From Conidiobolus incongruus B7586 (taxonomy: Eukaryota): 50,833 nt of DNA. The translations under genes and the position numbers were made by a program. Where the stretch lies: contig JNEM01006006.1 of assembly GCA_000697335.1 (NCBI GenBank), positions 1 to 50,833 on the forward strand. The letters are read 5' to 3'. A model generated the notes under the pieces. That model worked only from the letters and a program-made list of their open reading frames with translations, was not told the DNA's origin and did no database searches. The stretch's first letter is position 1, and every line of letters starts with the position of its first letter. Below, piece after piece: positions 23,667 through 36,918 of this stretch.

Positions 23667-26600
23667 GTTTGATTAAAATTTTTAATAACGAAATAGTTGC
23701 TTAGTTTAGCAAGTTCCCCGCACTAGCATCTTTTTATATTCATCACATTTTTCACGAACTTAAAATTAACAAATTTCAATTTGTGGAAATTTCTTAATTT
23801 GTATATGAAAATTAAAATACATGTTACCCGCTTTGCTAAATATTAAGGTGGACCACAAATTTAATTATTTTTTTTTTTTCAATTTTAATAACTTAATTGA
23901 TTTGTTTATTTTCCAATTACTGGTTTTATTGAAGAAATCAACTTTAATCAAAAATACAATTTTTATGACTTCAAAATAATTTAAAGTTTTTTTTTGAATG
24001 GCATTGATTAAAAAATTATATGTAATTAAATTTATATGATATATTCATTATTTGTAGAAAAAAAATATACAAAATTCATAAATTTAATGTTAAGATTGAT
24101 TTTATATAATTCACTTATAAAAATTTGAATATTTATCAAATAAGGTCCATGTTTTATGGATATAATTTCTATTTATATAATGGTCTTACATATTTTATAG
24201 TTAATTTTGTTTTTGAATGTAAATTGGTCAGCTTGACTGACTAGATCTCAGGTGAATAAAGAACAACATTGGATTCATTACTAGTTTTTTTACTTTATTA
24301 AATCCTTCTTGATAATTTTATTTTTGTCCCAAATTATACTTTAGGATCTTATGTTGCATCAATTAATTATAGATTAATAACCAATGAAATTTAGTTAATA
24401 TCATATAATTTATAGATTATTGGAGAATATCTGCAATAGTTTTTCAAAAGAAACCAATTAAGTCTAATTGAATTTGGATAATCCAAAGTTCAGATTAAGG
24501 CTCTAAATATGAGAAATAGAACATACGTGACAGCTAAGTGAAAACAAAAGTGGATGTCATGAAATTTGAAGTAATATTAAGCTTTGTCATGATGAACAAA
24601 TCCACATATTTTTTGAATTGATCCTTTCAAATCGCTTCCTTACTGTAATTTTTAAATGTGTATCACTCGAACTAATCAATTTTAGGGTTAAATTTAAAAC
24701 TTGAACAATTAGCTTAATTGTTTATCAAGGCTATTATAACATATTCAAAAAATTAAGTTTGATATAATTTTTCAATACCTTGGCTTTTTTATTATATTAA
24801 ATGTGATTAAACTCTCATCAACTAATCCTTATTCTAATTTCAAGTGAATTAGAGTCACAGTCCAGGATCAAAGTATGATAAAATATTATTGGCGACAGCT
24901 ACAGAGAATGTAAAAGACAGTTTAATTAAAATACTTAGAATTATTTCAAAAAATCTTCACAACTATTATTTTTAATCAATAAATAAAAATATTAAATTTC
25001 AATTAATCGGCTAAATAAATTTTTGGAAAATATAGTGATTAAAAATCTGGCTAAAAAGTTTAAAAATATTAATTATTATAATCAATTAAGCCATTAGATA
25101 ATTATTGAATTAATAGCTATATATTCTTTTATATTAATTGCCTTACCAATATAAATTCGACACAGAAAGCTTTGTTTTCAATCCAGCATTCTTGAAAATT
25201 GTTATTATATAATAAAAGATAGCTTTAGTCCTAAAAATAGGTTTATTATTGAAGTTGATATACCCGCTGCTTATTTTGTCATAAGCTGAATTCCTTTAAA
25301 GAGTTTTTTTATTTATTGTACAATTTAATAGAATCAATATTAATATAAAAGCAAAGAAACTTTTGAACAGCAAATCATAAACCAAAAACGCTGTTAAACT
25401 AATTTTAATCAAAGCTTTATTCCATCAAGTTAATCCTGCATTCGTTAATGAATATGATAAAAAGTTGACTAATTATCAGTTGATAAAAATATAAAATCAA
25501 CCAAGTCATAATAGATGTTCCATGGTGTTAAAAAAATAATCTCCACTCTATACAGAATTTTCTCATTTTACCTGTGGCATATTATAAATTATGAACCTAG
25601 AACAAAATCCATCTGAACTATATTCAAATTTGTTGAACTAACGGACGAAAATGATATTAGTAACGTTTTAATAATTGTATTCTAATGTAACAATGATACT
25701 TAAAAATAAATATGTTTCTTTATATATATTATTCTTATTAATTATCATATAACCTTTAAATTATCATAATTTTTCCCACAAAATAATATAATTTGAATTT
25801 TATCATCAATTCTTTAACGGAAAAACTAATTTTACCCCACATATTTTTTTTAATTATAAGAAAAAAAAATAATTTAAATATGTAATGTGAATTAAATAAA
25901 ATATATATTTGTTTATAAAAATAAACAAATATAATTGATATTTTAAATACTATTCTTTAAATTCAATAATATTGTTCTATCTAATAATTATTTTCAACTC
26001 ATTGAAATATATTACTTCAGAATATTTTCATCACTTGATACAATTTCCAAATATGCATACTTTAATAACTACAAAAAGGATACAATTTAATTATGCCCAT
26101 GCATTCACAAAATACATTGGAAAATATAATTGACTGATTGGATTTGTATCAAAACTTTGATTGCTACTTGTATTTATATATTATGGTGATATATATTTAC
26201 TTCAACGATTCATTAATCAGGATTGTAAATTCAATTATTTTTAAATTATAATATATATAATTAGGAATACTAATCAATTAAAAGGAGTTGATTATTAATT
26301 AATATTTAAATTTAATTTTCAATCCAAGAGTATAAAAAAATTATCCTGTGAATATAATATAATTATTATGATTATAATTACTAAATTAATGAAATCATAA
26401 AAGGTATTTAATATATGTAGCTTATTAATTGATAAATTATTTGACAAATTTTATTAGTTTTTATATATAAATTTTTAAATATTTCTAATATTTTTATAAA
26501 AATAATTAATAACTTAAACATTAAGCCATAATAATTATTAGATGATTATGTATAGATATATTGATTAATTATAGAGTACTTTCATATTAATATATACTGA

Positions 26601-28817
26601 TGATATATTTAAAAAATTTTTATATACTAATTTTAATTTAATCAATTAATTTATATTTTTAAATTTGTTTATTTTAAAAAAAGTTAAGAATTTAGTTAAT
26701 AAAGTTTGAAATTCAGATAACTTGACGTAGTTATATATATTAGAAATATTAGGAATTAATACTATTTATTTAATCAAGCAATTGGAATAATTATGTTGGT
26801 AAAATACAGATGATTTATATAGCAATTAATATATACTACAATTTTATATTAATTACAGCTCAAATATATTTTTTCAGATTTTGATATAAATGAAAATATT
26901 AAAATGATATATAAATGGTTAAATAATTTTATGATAATCTTAATTACTCTATTAAAATCAAACATTTTTGATTTATATAAAATAATGATTTAGTATAGTA
27001 AATTATATGTACCAATAATTGAATATATTATTATTATTGTTTGTTTGATTTTATATTACACTGCAAGACTCATATACGATACATTCCTATACTGAAATAT
27101 TTTATTAATGGGATATTAGATACTAGTGATAACAATTAATACTACTTATATAAAAATGTAATTAACCTCAACTCAAAGCAATTTAATATTTATAAAGAAA
27201 TCTAGAATATAAATTGCAATAAATTGCTATTTAAAAATAAGATAAAATATATACAATTGATTTATTAACAAACAAAATGATTGGAATATATAAGTCAACG
27301 AATTGTGATAACAACATAGATAATCATTAAATTTTGATAATGTAATATATTATTTCTTAACGTCTTGTTCATAATTTTAAAAATTACCTCGCTACTTAAA
27401 CGTTTTTTGCACTTGATATAAAAAATATCTTAAATTTACTTTATTATATGATGTTAATAAAAATATTTAAAAATTTTATTTATAACTTATTAAATAATTA
27501 TTTAAATATTAATATTTTTTTTCTTTAATTTTAAATTATTTATACTAATTTAAAAATTAAAATTAATCTTATTTTTATATTAATTAAATTCTTTCAAAAT
27601 AAAATAAGAAATCTTGATTTAACATCTATTAAAGTAGTATACAAATAAAAAATATATAACTATATGCTTTTAATAGTATAAAATGGAATAGGCACTATAT
27701 TTGAAATTTTATTATAAATTAAAACACAATATTTTTGAGTAATATAATATCAATTTATAATTTAAATTTTTTTCCCGATTTTATTTCACAACCTGTAATA
27801 CAAAATATTGTACAATAATAAATTATTAATTAATTATTATTTTATATTAATTCTTAATATATAATATATTTCTTATATTTAATAAAAGTTTGAAATATTG
27901 AAAATATATATTTTTTATAAATTATATTTAAAATAACTTATATTTATTCATTTAATCTATAAAAAAAGATAAAATAATTATAGTTTTTGATATATATTAT
28001 CAATAAAAATAATATGAACTAGTATTTTGTGTAAGTTATAATAATAATAATGTTTTACAAAATTCTAAACTCGTAAACTTTTTCCCATTATTTAGGCTAA
28101 GCCTTGAATTGATATTTAAGAATGTCATGAAATGAAATAAAAAGTTAAAAGTGGTATGAATGTGAGTCTACCAATAGTTTAAGCAAGCATTAAAATGCAT
28201 TTATATAATTCAACATAGAAAGGATTAGGAAACGTAAGTGATCAAGTCAAATTTTAAATCAAATTTATTCAATACAACCGTGTAATAAAGACTATTAATT
28301 ATAGTATTTTCGCGTAATTCAAAGTTACTCTTAATAATAAAAATTCTTTAGTTTAGAGCTTGTACAATTTTATTTTAAAATAAAATGATAAAATCTTTAA
28401 AGTATAATTATTTATAATATAAAATTAAATTAAACAATATATTTTTACTTGAATTATAATAATTGAATTAGTAATTAGGTTTAATTTTTTTTACTTAAAA
28501 TCTTAAATGTCTCTAATTGAAAATTATTAGCCAAAAAATCTTTTTGTTAAACGAGTTTTTAGGAAATGAAATTAATTGTGAGTAATTTAAATAACTGAGC
28601 GAAACAAATCAATTAGACTAGTAATATTTAGTATTCAACAAAATTCCAATATTATTAGTTTGTATTCGCATATTTTACACTTATAATTTCACAAAATTCA
28701 GATTTGTGTATGGCTAATCCTTTAATTTTGATTAATATATAAAGATGCTGAAGTGGGAAACTTACTAATCTAAGCAAGCTTTGCTAAATTAATTAATATA
28801 ATCTAATAAATTTAATC

Positions 28818-30850
28818 ATGAAGGTTCTCACGGTTGCTGGCTTTGCTACCCTCTTATTTGCTTTGGGTATTGATGCCATTCAATTGATTAAACATTCCAC
28901 CTGTCCCGGTGCTCCATGTGTTCTTCCTCCCACTGGTGCCGAATTTTTAGTTGGAGCTCACTTTGATACTCGTGTTGAAATCCACGATGAAATTACTCTC
29001 AATGCTAACGGTAGCTTTTCTATTACCGTTAGCAAATATGAAGGTGAAAAACTCGGATATCCTATATCTTTCGAAAAATTTTTCAACATTCAAAAATCTC
29101 CTGAACTTGAAAGATGGAATTTCACTTATGCTAAAGATGCCGAAAAATACTATAAAGGTTTAGATGGTGATGAATCTGCTCTCACTAAAGTTAACTCTGC
29201 CTCCAAGATCTGGAGAAATATTCATTTCAATGAACCTGGTAAGTACCAGATCACTTTGAAATACAACAATGATCAGATTCACACCCTTGATTGGATTGTC
29301 CGCCCCGCTGCTTGTAAGCCTGTTGCTAAGAATGCTATCTTCTTCATTGGTGACGGTATGACTGCTAATATGATCACTGCTGCTCGTACTTTATCTCGTA
29401 AGCAGACCCATGGTAAATATTTCAACAAATTTCACCTTGATAACCTCGATTACATTGGTCAAATTCTTACTCACTCCGTTGATTCCATCATGACTGATTC
29501 TGCTAATTCCGCTAGCGCCTACAATTCTGGCCACAAATCCACTGCTGGTGCTCTTAGTGTCTATCCTGATACCTCAGCCGATCACTTTGACGATCCCAAG
29601 GTCGAACTTTTAGCTGAATTGGCCAGACGTAGAACTTCCAGAAACGGTGGTCCAATGGGTATTGGTATTGCTACTACTGCCGAAGTTCAAGATGCTACTC
29701 CAGCTGCCGTCTTCTCTCACACCAAACAACGTACCACTAAGCAAGAAATTACCGATCAATTCATCCATGGTACCAAGAGCTTCACCGGTCCTGTTGCTGC
29801 CGATGTTTACCTTGGTGGCGGTGGTGCTTACTTTCATAATCAACTAGGCACTGGTAAATCTCTCAACAAATAAAACTACTATGACATCTATGCCAAAGAA
29901 AAGGGCTATCATGTCGTTCATGACAAACATGAATTGGCTAAATCCCCCGGTGACAAGCCTCTTTTGGGTATTTTCCATCAAGGAAATATGAATGTCTGGC
30001 TAGATCGTAATGTCTACTCTGACCGTCTCCTCAAGAAGAAGGATCAGCCCTCTGGTAATAATGGGACTGCCACCGCTCAACCTGGATTGGTCGACATGAC
30101 TATGAAGACTTTAGAAATCTTAAAGAGCCGCTCCAAGAACGGTTTCTTCGCTATGATTGAAGCTGCCAGGGTTGATAAGCAAATGCACGTTTACGATTAC
30201 CATCGTTCCCTTGCCGAAATTATTGAACTTGACAATACTGTCCACGCCGCTGTTGAATGGACCAGAAAGAATGATCCCAATACTTTAATCGTTGTGACTG
30301 CTGATCATGTCACAATTTCGATGTATACGGTACTGTTGATACCGAGCTCTTCAACAAAGCTCCTAAGGATGATCGTTATGAATCCAAGCGCCAAGCTATT
30401 GGTGCTTATGAATTGGCCGGTTTCCCCGACTACGAAGATAAGGATGGTGATGGTTTCCCCGAAAAATGGAATGTCCGCACTGTTTTCGCTGCTGGCACCA
30501 ATAATAACCCTGATCTTAATGAAAATTACCAAGTCAATGCCACCAGTCGTGTTGCCACTGATATCGATCCCCATAGTTCCCACAAATATCATACATACAT
30601 TCCTGCTAAGAACGAAGGCGACAACGGTCTCCCCAAGCAGGGTAACTTACCTCTCAGCGAAAGCCAAGGTGTCCATTCCATGACTCAAGTTCTCGTCTTT
30701 GCCTATGGTCCTGGTGCCCATCTCTTCGGTCGCATTATGGACAACACCGAAGTATTCTTCAACTTCGCCACCGCTCTCGGTTTGGGAGGTAGTGAAGATG
30801 ATTGTGATTGTGTTGATATTCCTGCCGATAGAGTTCCCAAATGGTTATAG
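28818..30850 (+). pseudogene. Alkaline phosphatase copy 3, recently inactivated
   Basis: Full-length homology, but in-frame TAA at 29871-29873 (CAA in copy 2) and a 1-nt deletion near 30309 (gatcatgtcac vs gatcatggtcac) in the TADHGH motif. Confidence 0.88.
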
Positions 30851-31059
30851 ATAATTCATTAGAAGAATAACAACAATATTTTATAAAATATTTAAATAGA
30901 TATATATTTTAAGTTTAAAATTTTTTGTAATAATTGTTTAAAATTATATTAAATAAAATTCTGGATTAAGTTTGTTAATTTTATAAATTCTAATAAAATG
31001 ATAAACCAAAACTATATAATATAAATTGATAAAGTTATGATTTTAATGAAAAAATTATA

Positions 31060-31141
31060 TGACAACTGTGGGGTTCGAACCCACGCCTGTTTCCAGATCA
31101 GGGCCTAAACCTGACGCCTTAGACCTCTCGGCCAAGTTGCC
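31060..31141 (-). tRNA. tRNA-Leu (anticodon TAG), intronless
   Basis: Minus strand GGCAACT...AGTTGTC-A acceptor stem, TGGCCGAGAGG D-arm, TCAGG-TTTAGGC-CCTGA anticodon arm, long variable arm, GGTTCGAACCC T-arm. Confidence 0.96.
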
Positions 31142-32225
31142 ATAACAGCTCTCATTTTCAGTTAATTATTTTCCTCTTTATTTTTCACTCAAATCAATTT
31201 TCATTTTCTTTCACACTCAATCTTTTACAAAATTTATATCCTATTATTTAATTTTGTCAAATTTCAAAATTCTTTTTTATTATTATTTTTTTCTCATTAA
31301 TATTTTGCCTTCATTTTTATTAATTTTTCTTTATAATAACACTCTCCTAATACTTCACTATATTTAATACCTTATTTTCATAATTTTACCTTTCCATTGA
31401 AACATATTATATTGTTTATATTATAATATTTATAAAAACATTTAATTTGAAATATATTTAATTAACTCATTATTCATTAATTCAGATTCTTTTTATAAAT
31501 TAGTTTATATCAATAATTCAATTTATTATTTAACATATTATAGAAAAATTTTATACATTTAAATTTTATCTGTGTTTATAATAAATTTAATATTCAGTTT
31601 TATTCCTGTATAATTAAATTGATAATTTAAATGTATTAGATTTCTCATGATATTAATATAATAGTATTTTTGAAAAATACTCTCAATTATCAACGTGGAA
31701 TTGCTATAATAATTTGATGAATTTATTATAACTTATTAAAAAGAATAACTGATGATATCTATCTGATATTTATTTAGATTGTATTAATATTAAATTGTTC
31801 ATATAAATTTTCAATCACATTATTCAAAGAAAATTTTGATTTTACAAATTTGAGACATTTGATATAAATATTCAATTAAAAAATTTTTTTTATTGTCATA
31901 ATTGTAGCAAATAAATTTGAATTGTAATAAAATTTTTAAATCAAATTGATATGCGTTTTTAGTAAAGCCTATTTATAGCTTCATTATTGTTCTTCATGGT
32001 TGTAATTTAAATTATTTAATGATTGGTGAACTATGATAACGTGAGGAAAATTTATTGAAGTATATAAATTCCAGATATATTGAAGTAGCTATTATTAAAA
32101 TTAAACTATACCCTCCAGTGGACTAATATTGTTTATTTAGTATTGGTACTATATATTCTGGTAATTAGGAATTATTAAAGATGTTATATTTAGTAAGGAT
32201 AATTAAGTTAATATATCATTTTTGC

Positions 32226-34183
32226 TTATAATTTCCACTTGGGAGCTCCTTTGGAGGTAATATTAATACATTCACAATTGTCATATTCTCTCAAACCATG
32301 AAAATGGGCAAAATTAAAGAAACTTTAGTGTTGCCGATAACATATCCGAAAAGGAGAGTATCAGGACCATAGGCGAGGACGGGTACTTGGATCACGGAGT
32401 GGACATCTTGATCTTCACTGATGGGTGCATTGCCTTATTTGGGAAAGTCGTTGGCATGCTCATCTGGAGCAGGGACCCAAGCAATGTACTTATACTGCTG
32501 TAAGGACCAACTGCAGTACCTTCATGGGTAGTCGCATTAACTTGATAGTTTCCAAAGATATCAAGATTATTATTGGTACCAGCGGCAAAGATGGTACGAG
32601 TATCCCATTTATCGGAGGATTCACCACCGTCCTTCATAATCAGAGAATTCAGCGAGTTCAGTGGTACCGATAGCTTGACCTTTAGGTTCATAGCGATCGT
32701 CCTTAGGAGGCTTGTTGAATTATTAAGTGTCAATGGTACCATATAGATCGAAACTGTGATCATGATCAGTAATCATAATAATCAAAGTGTTAGAATTATT
32801 TTCTCAGCTCATTCAACAGCAACATCAATGGGATTGTCAAATTCGATCCGTTTAGAATGAGAAAAATGATAATGAAAAGTGTGTATTGGCTTATTTATTT
32901 ACGCACCTTCTATCATAGCTAAGGAGTCATTCTTCGAGCGCTTTTTTAATATATCTAAAGTTTTCTTGATTATTTCAACCAACCCAGGTTGAGCTGTAGC
33001 AGTCCCATTATTGCTAGAAGTATGATCCTTCTTGAGGAGATAGTCAAGGTAGACATTACGATCTAACCAGATATTCATGTTTCCTTGGTGGAAAATACCC
33101 AAAAGAGGCTTGCTAGTGGGGGCCTTAGCCAATTCATCCTTATCATAGATAACATGGTAAACCTTTTCCTTGACGTAAATGTCATAGTAGCCCTTACTAA
33201 GGAATTCACCAGTGTCAGTTTAACCATGAAAATAGGCACCATCGCCTCCAAGGAAGACATTGGTAACATCAAGTTTAGTGAAGTTTTTAATACCATCAAT
33301 TAATTGATCGATGGCTGGTTGTTTCCACTTTGTCTAAAATGGGCGAACACGACAACAGGAGTAGCATCTTGAACTTTTACAGTGGTAGTAGTACTAATAG
33401 CCAATGAATTACCATTCTTAGAGGATCTGCATCTAGCTAATTCAGTCAAAGTTATTAGTGTAAATATCTGAGTAAAAACCGAGGGCATCAATAGTGAACA
33501 TAGAACCAGAGTTGTAAGCACCAGAAGAGTTGGCGGAATCATTGGTTATTGAATCAATAGAGTAGGCAAGAATTAGATCAAAGTAGTCCTATTCATCAAA
33601 ATGAAGCTTATTGAAGTATTTACCATTGATTTTTTTGCGAGATAAGGCACGATCAGCAGTGATCATATTAGTTGCTGTCCCATCACCAATAAAGAAAATA
33701 GCATTCTTAGCGGCAGGTTTACAGGAAGAAGCACGATGAATCCAATCAACGGCATAGATTCTATCATTTTTGTACCCCAAGGTAATATTTCTCCAGACCT
33801 TGGAGGAAAAGTTAACTTTAGTTTTAGCAGATTTATCTTCAACTAAAGCCTTGTAATGTTTTTTAGCATCTTTTAAATAAGTGAAATTCTATCTCTCGAG
33901 TTTTGAGGAATCTTCAACCTTGAAAATTTTTTCAAAAGATTCAGGATATCCAGGTTTGTTATCTTGATATTTGGAAATAGTTACAGAGGAGTTACGATCA
34001 GCATTGAACTTCATCGTCAATTTTAACATAAGTACCTAAATAGATACCGACTAAAAATTCGGCTCCAACAGATAGAAGAACATAGTGAGTTCCAGGACAG
34101 GTGGAATACTTGATCACTTGAATAGGTTTAATACCAAAAGTGAATAATAAGGTTATAAAACCAGCAAAAATGGGAATTTTCAC
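32226..34183 (-). pseudogene. Alkaline phosphatase copy 4, heavily decayed
   Basis: AP fragments in several frames (AKNAIFFIGDG, VQDATPV, KPLLGIFHQGNMNIWLDRNVY, PKWKL*). Start codon is GTG; multiple stops, frameshifts and deletions. Confidence 0.92.
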
Positions 34184-36918
34184 GATTTATCAAAAAAGAT
34201 TGAATAAATTAAAGCAATCTATGCTTAACTTAAACATATTGAATTCGTTCATCTTTTTATACCAACATCGTTTCAGGAAGCAAATTTTTTCAATCACAAT
34301 TTATAAAAAATATCGATCAAGATATTGAGCTCTTAAATATTCTTAATGGTTTAAAAAATTATTGGCATCACTCCTGCCGATTCAGTTGAATCTATCGATA
34401 ACTATTTTTTATAAATTTTTTCTATATTTATTTTAATTTCATCTGAATCCAATTAAATATTTTTCTCAAATTTTCAATTTTCAATACACAAATATAACCA
34501 TATTAAATATAATTGAAATATTTAGAGTAAATTTGATCACAATTAGTTTCGTTTAATTTTTACAATAGATTCTGTTTACTTCCATAAAATGACTCAAATA
34601 TAATATTTATTTCTCGTAAACCATTTTACGTGTGTTGAATATAATTTTTTAATAGTGTTTGCACCATGTCTTGATATTTGTTTCAATAAAAAATATAGAT
34701 ACATTAGAATTGTATTTTTCTATTATTGAATTTATTTTTTATTCCATCAATCTATATTATCAAAGTATAGATTTGAAGTTTTTTATTGTACTAGTAAACA
34801 CTCAAAGATAAAAAATTCACAGATATTAAATATTAAATCGGAATATAACATTAGTTAATATTATTACAAATACAGGATAGATATTGTGTTTGTTTTATGC
34901 ATTAATATACAAATGTTTAATAATTATATGGTATTGATAATATATAATATCACCAAGTTTTAATCAATAGCGATTATTTTTTAATTCATCATTGAATTTA
35001 GAAGATCTGAATTATGGAAATATACATATATTTTCCTTGGAAATATTCAATCAAATGGTGAAATATTATAATAATAAACAGATTTATTAATTTTATTTAT
35101 GATTTTAGTAAATTCCACCATCAATTTTTGGTTAGTATCTTAAGGTTCACAAAATATAAGCTAAAAGTGATTCAATCTTATATAAACAAACAGTTTGATA
35201 ATTTATGGCATAATATTACATTATCCAAAATATGACCATACATCATTTAGAGACAATTTCAAAATTCGAATTTAAAAATTATTTTTATTTCCAATACCAA
35301 AATAAACCAAATTAATTATTTAATAACATTACTATGTGAAAATATATAGCTGTTCAGATTATTCAAAATTATTTTTATTAAAATATACTTAAAAATGCTT
35401 TTGTTTAATTATAGGCTGTAATTACGCTTATGATAGAGAATATTATGTCATATATTTAATATTAATTATTGAATGACAAAGCCCCAAATTATAGTTTACT
35501 AAGTTTAAAATTTTAAAATAATATATTTTATATGCAATTTTTTAATTATTTCAATTGAGATTAATGAATATAAGAAATATATTTATACTATTAAAATCAC
35601 TTATCATAGTTTGTCAATAGATATGTATTCTATCTTAAGTATTCTGAATATTTAAATAGTTAAAATATATAAATTTAATATAACATATTTAATTGATTAA
35701 AATAAATAAATTATTAAATATATAAAATTGTCAAATTATTTGGATAGTATTTATATTTAACTAAATTTCTGATATTTTATTAATAGTAATATTAAATATA
35801 AATTTTCAAATAGTAAATTAATGAAGTATTAATAGATAGATTTTAAATTCTAAACATGTTATAATTATATTAAAAATTAATTGGTTAAATCATAAAATGA
35901 TATGTAAATATTGATCAAATATGTATTTATTTGAATTTTAATAACAAATCAAATTAAATATTTAAAATTTATAAAACAAATCAAAAGCTATTTATCAAAA
36001 TATTTTCAATGTTATTTGAAATTTAAAGCCAATATTTTGAAATATCAAATTCTATTTAAATTATATTACCTTTATTTATAATTATTAAATTTGATTTATT
36101 TTCCAGTTATATTACAATGAAATATTATATTATTCAAAATGAAAAAGTATAAATAATTTGATCATTTCATGTCAAGTTGATTTTCTAGTTTATGGTCAAT
36201 TAATATATGGTATTTTTATATAAAAATATGTTAAAATATATTCTAAACTTATTAATTTATATTTTTTTCAAAGATTTCTTTTCACATATAATATTATATA
36301 CTTAAATTATTCACAAGAATTAAATCAGACTAAAGTATTAAAAAAATTTTATATTTATATTTTTAATATTAATTAAATTATATTTAATATAATTGGCAAT
36401 ATTCTTGTTGCTAATATATATTAAATTTCTAAATTATTTATATTATATTCATAATTTAAACTAGGTATTATATAAACTATTATAATTATTCAAAAATCAA
36501 TGATATATAAATTTTTGTATAAAATTTTAATAATGAATTTTTAATCAATTAATATTTTTATAGAAATATTTTAAAGTAATATAATACATTTGTTATATTT
36601 ATAATTATATAATACGTGATTTTATATTTTAAACATAACTGGTATTTCATATAATTACGATTTATTTTTCGATTATTAAATAAATGTTTTTGATGTTTTA
36701 TATTAATTATAAGTTTAAGCTAATCACAATTTTCAAATCATATATTTTAAACATCCATTATTGCGGGATTTAAATCAATAATTTAAAAAAGATATAAACA
36801 TGTTCTAAAAAAAATATATTTGATGAATTAATTTGATATTATCAATTGATTTTATTAATTCTTAATTGTATTATTTTAATATTAATAGTTTTGAGAATAA
36901 TTTACAATCTGAGTTATA

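Noticed and set aside
29871..29873. Stop-codon readthrough or recoding in phosphatase copy 3
   Set aside because: TAA is the normal stop in neighbouring genes, and an independent frameshift also disrupts the gene.
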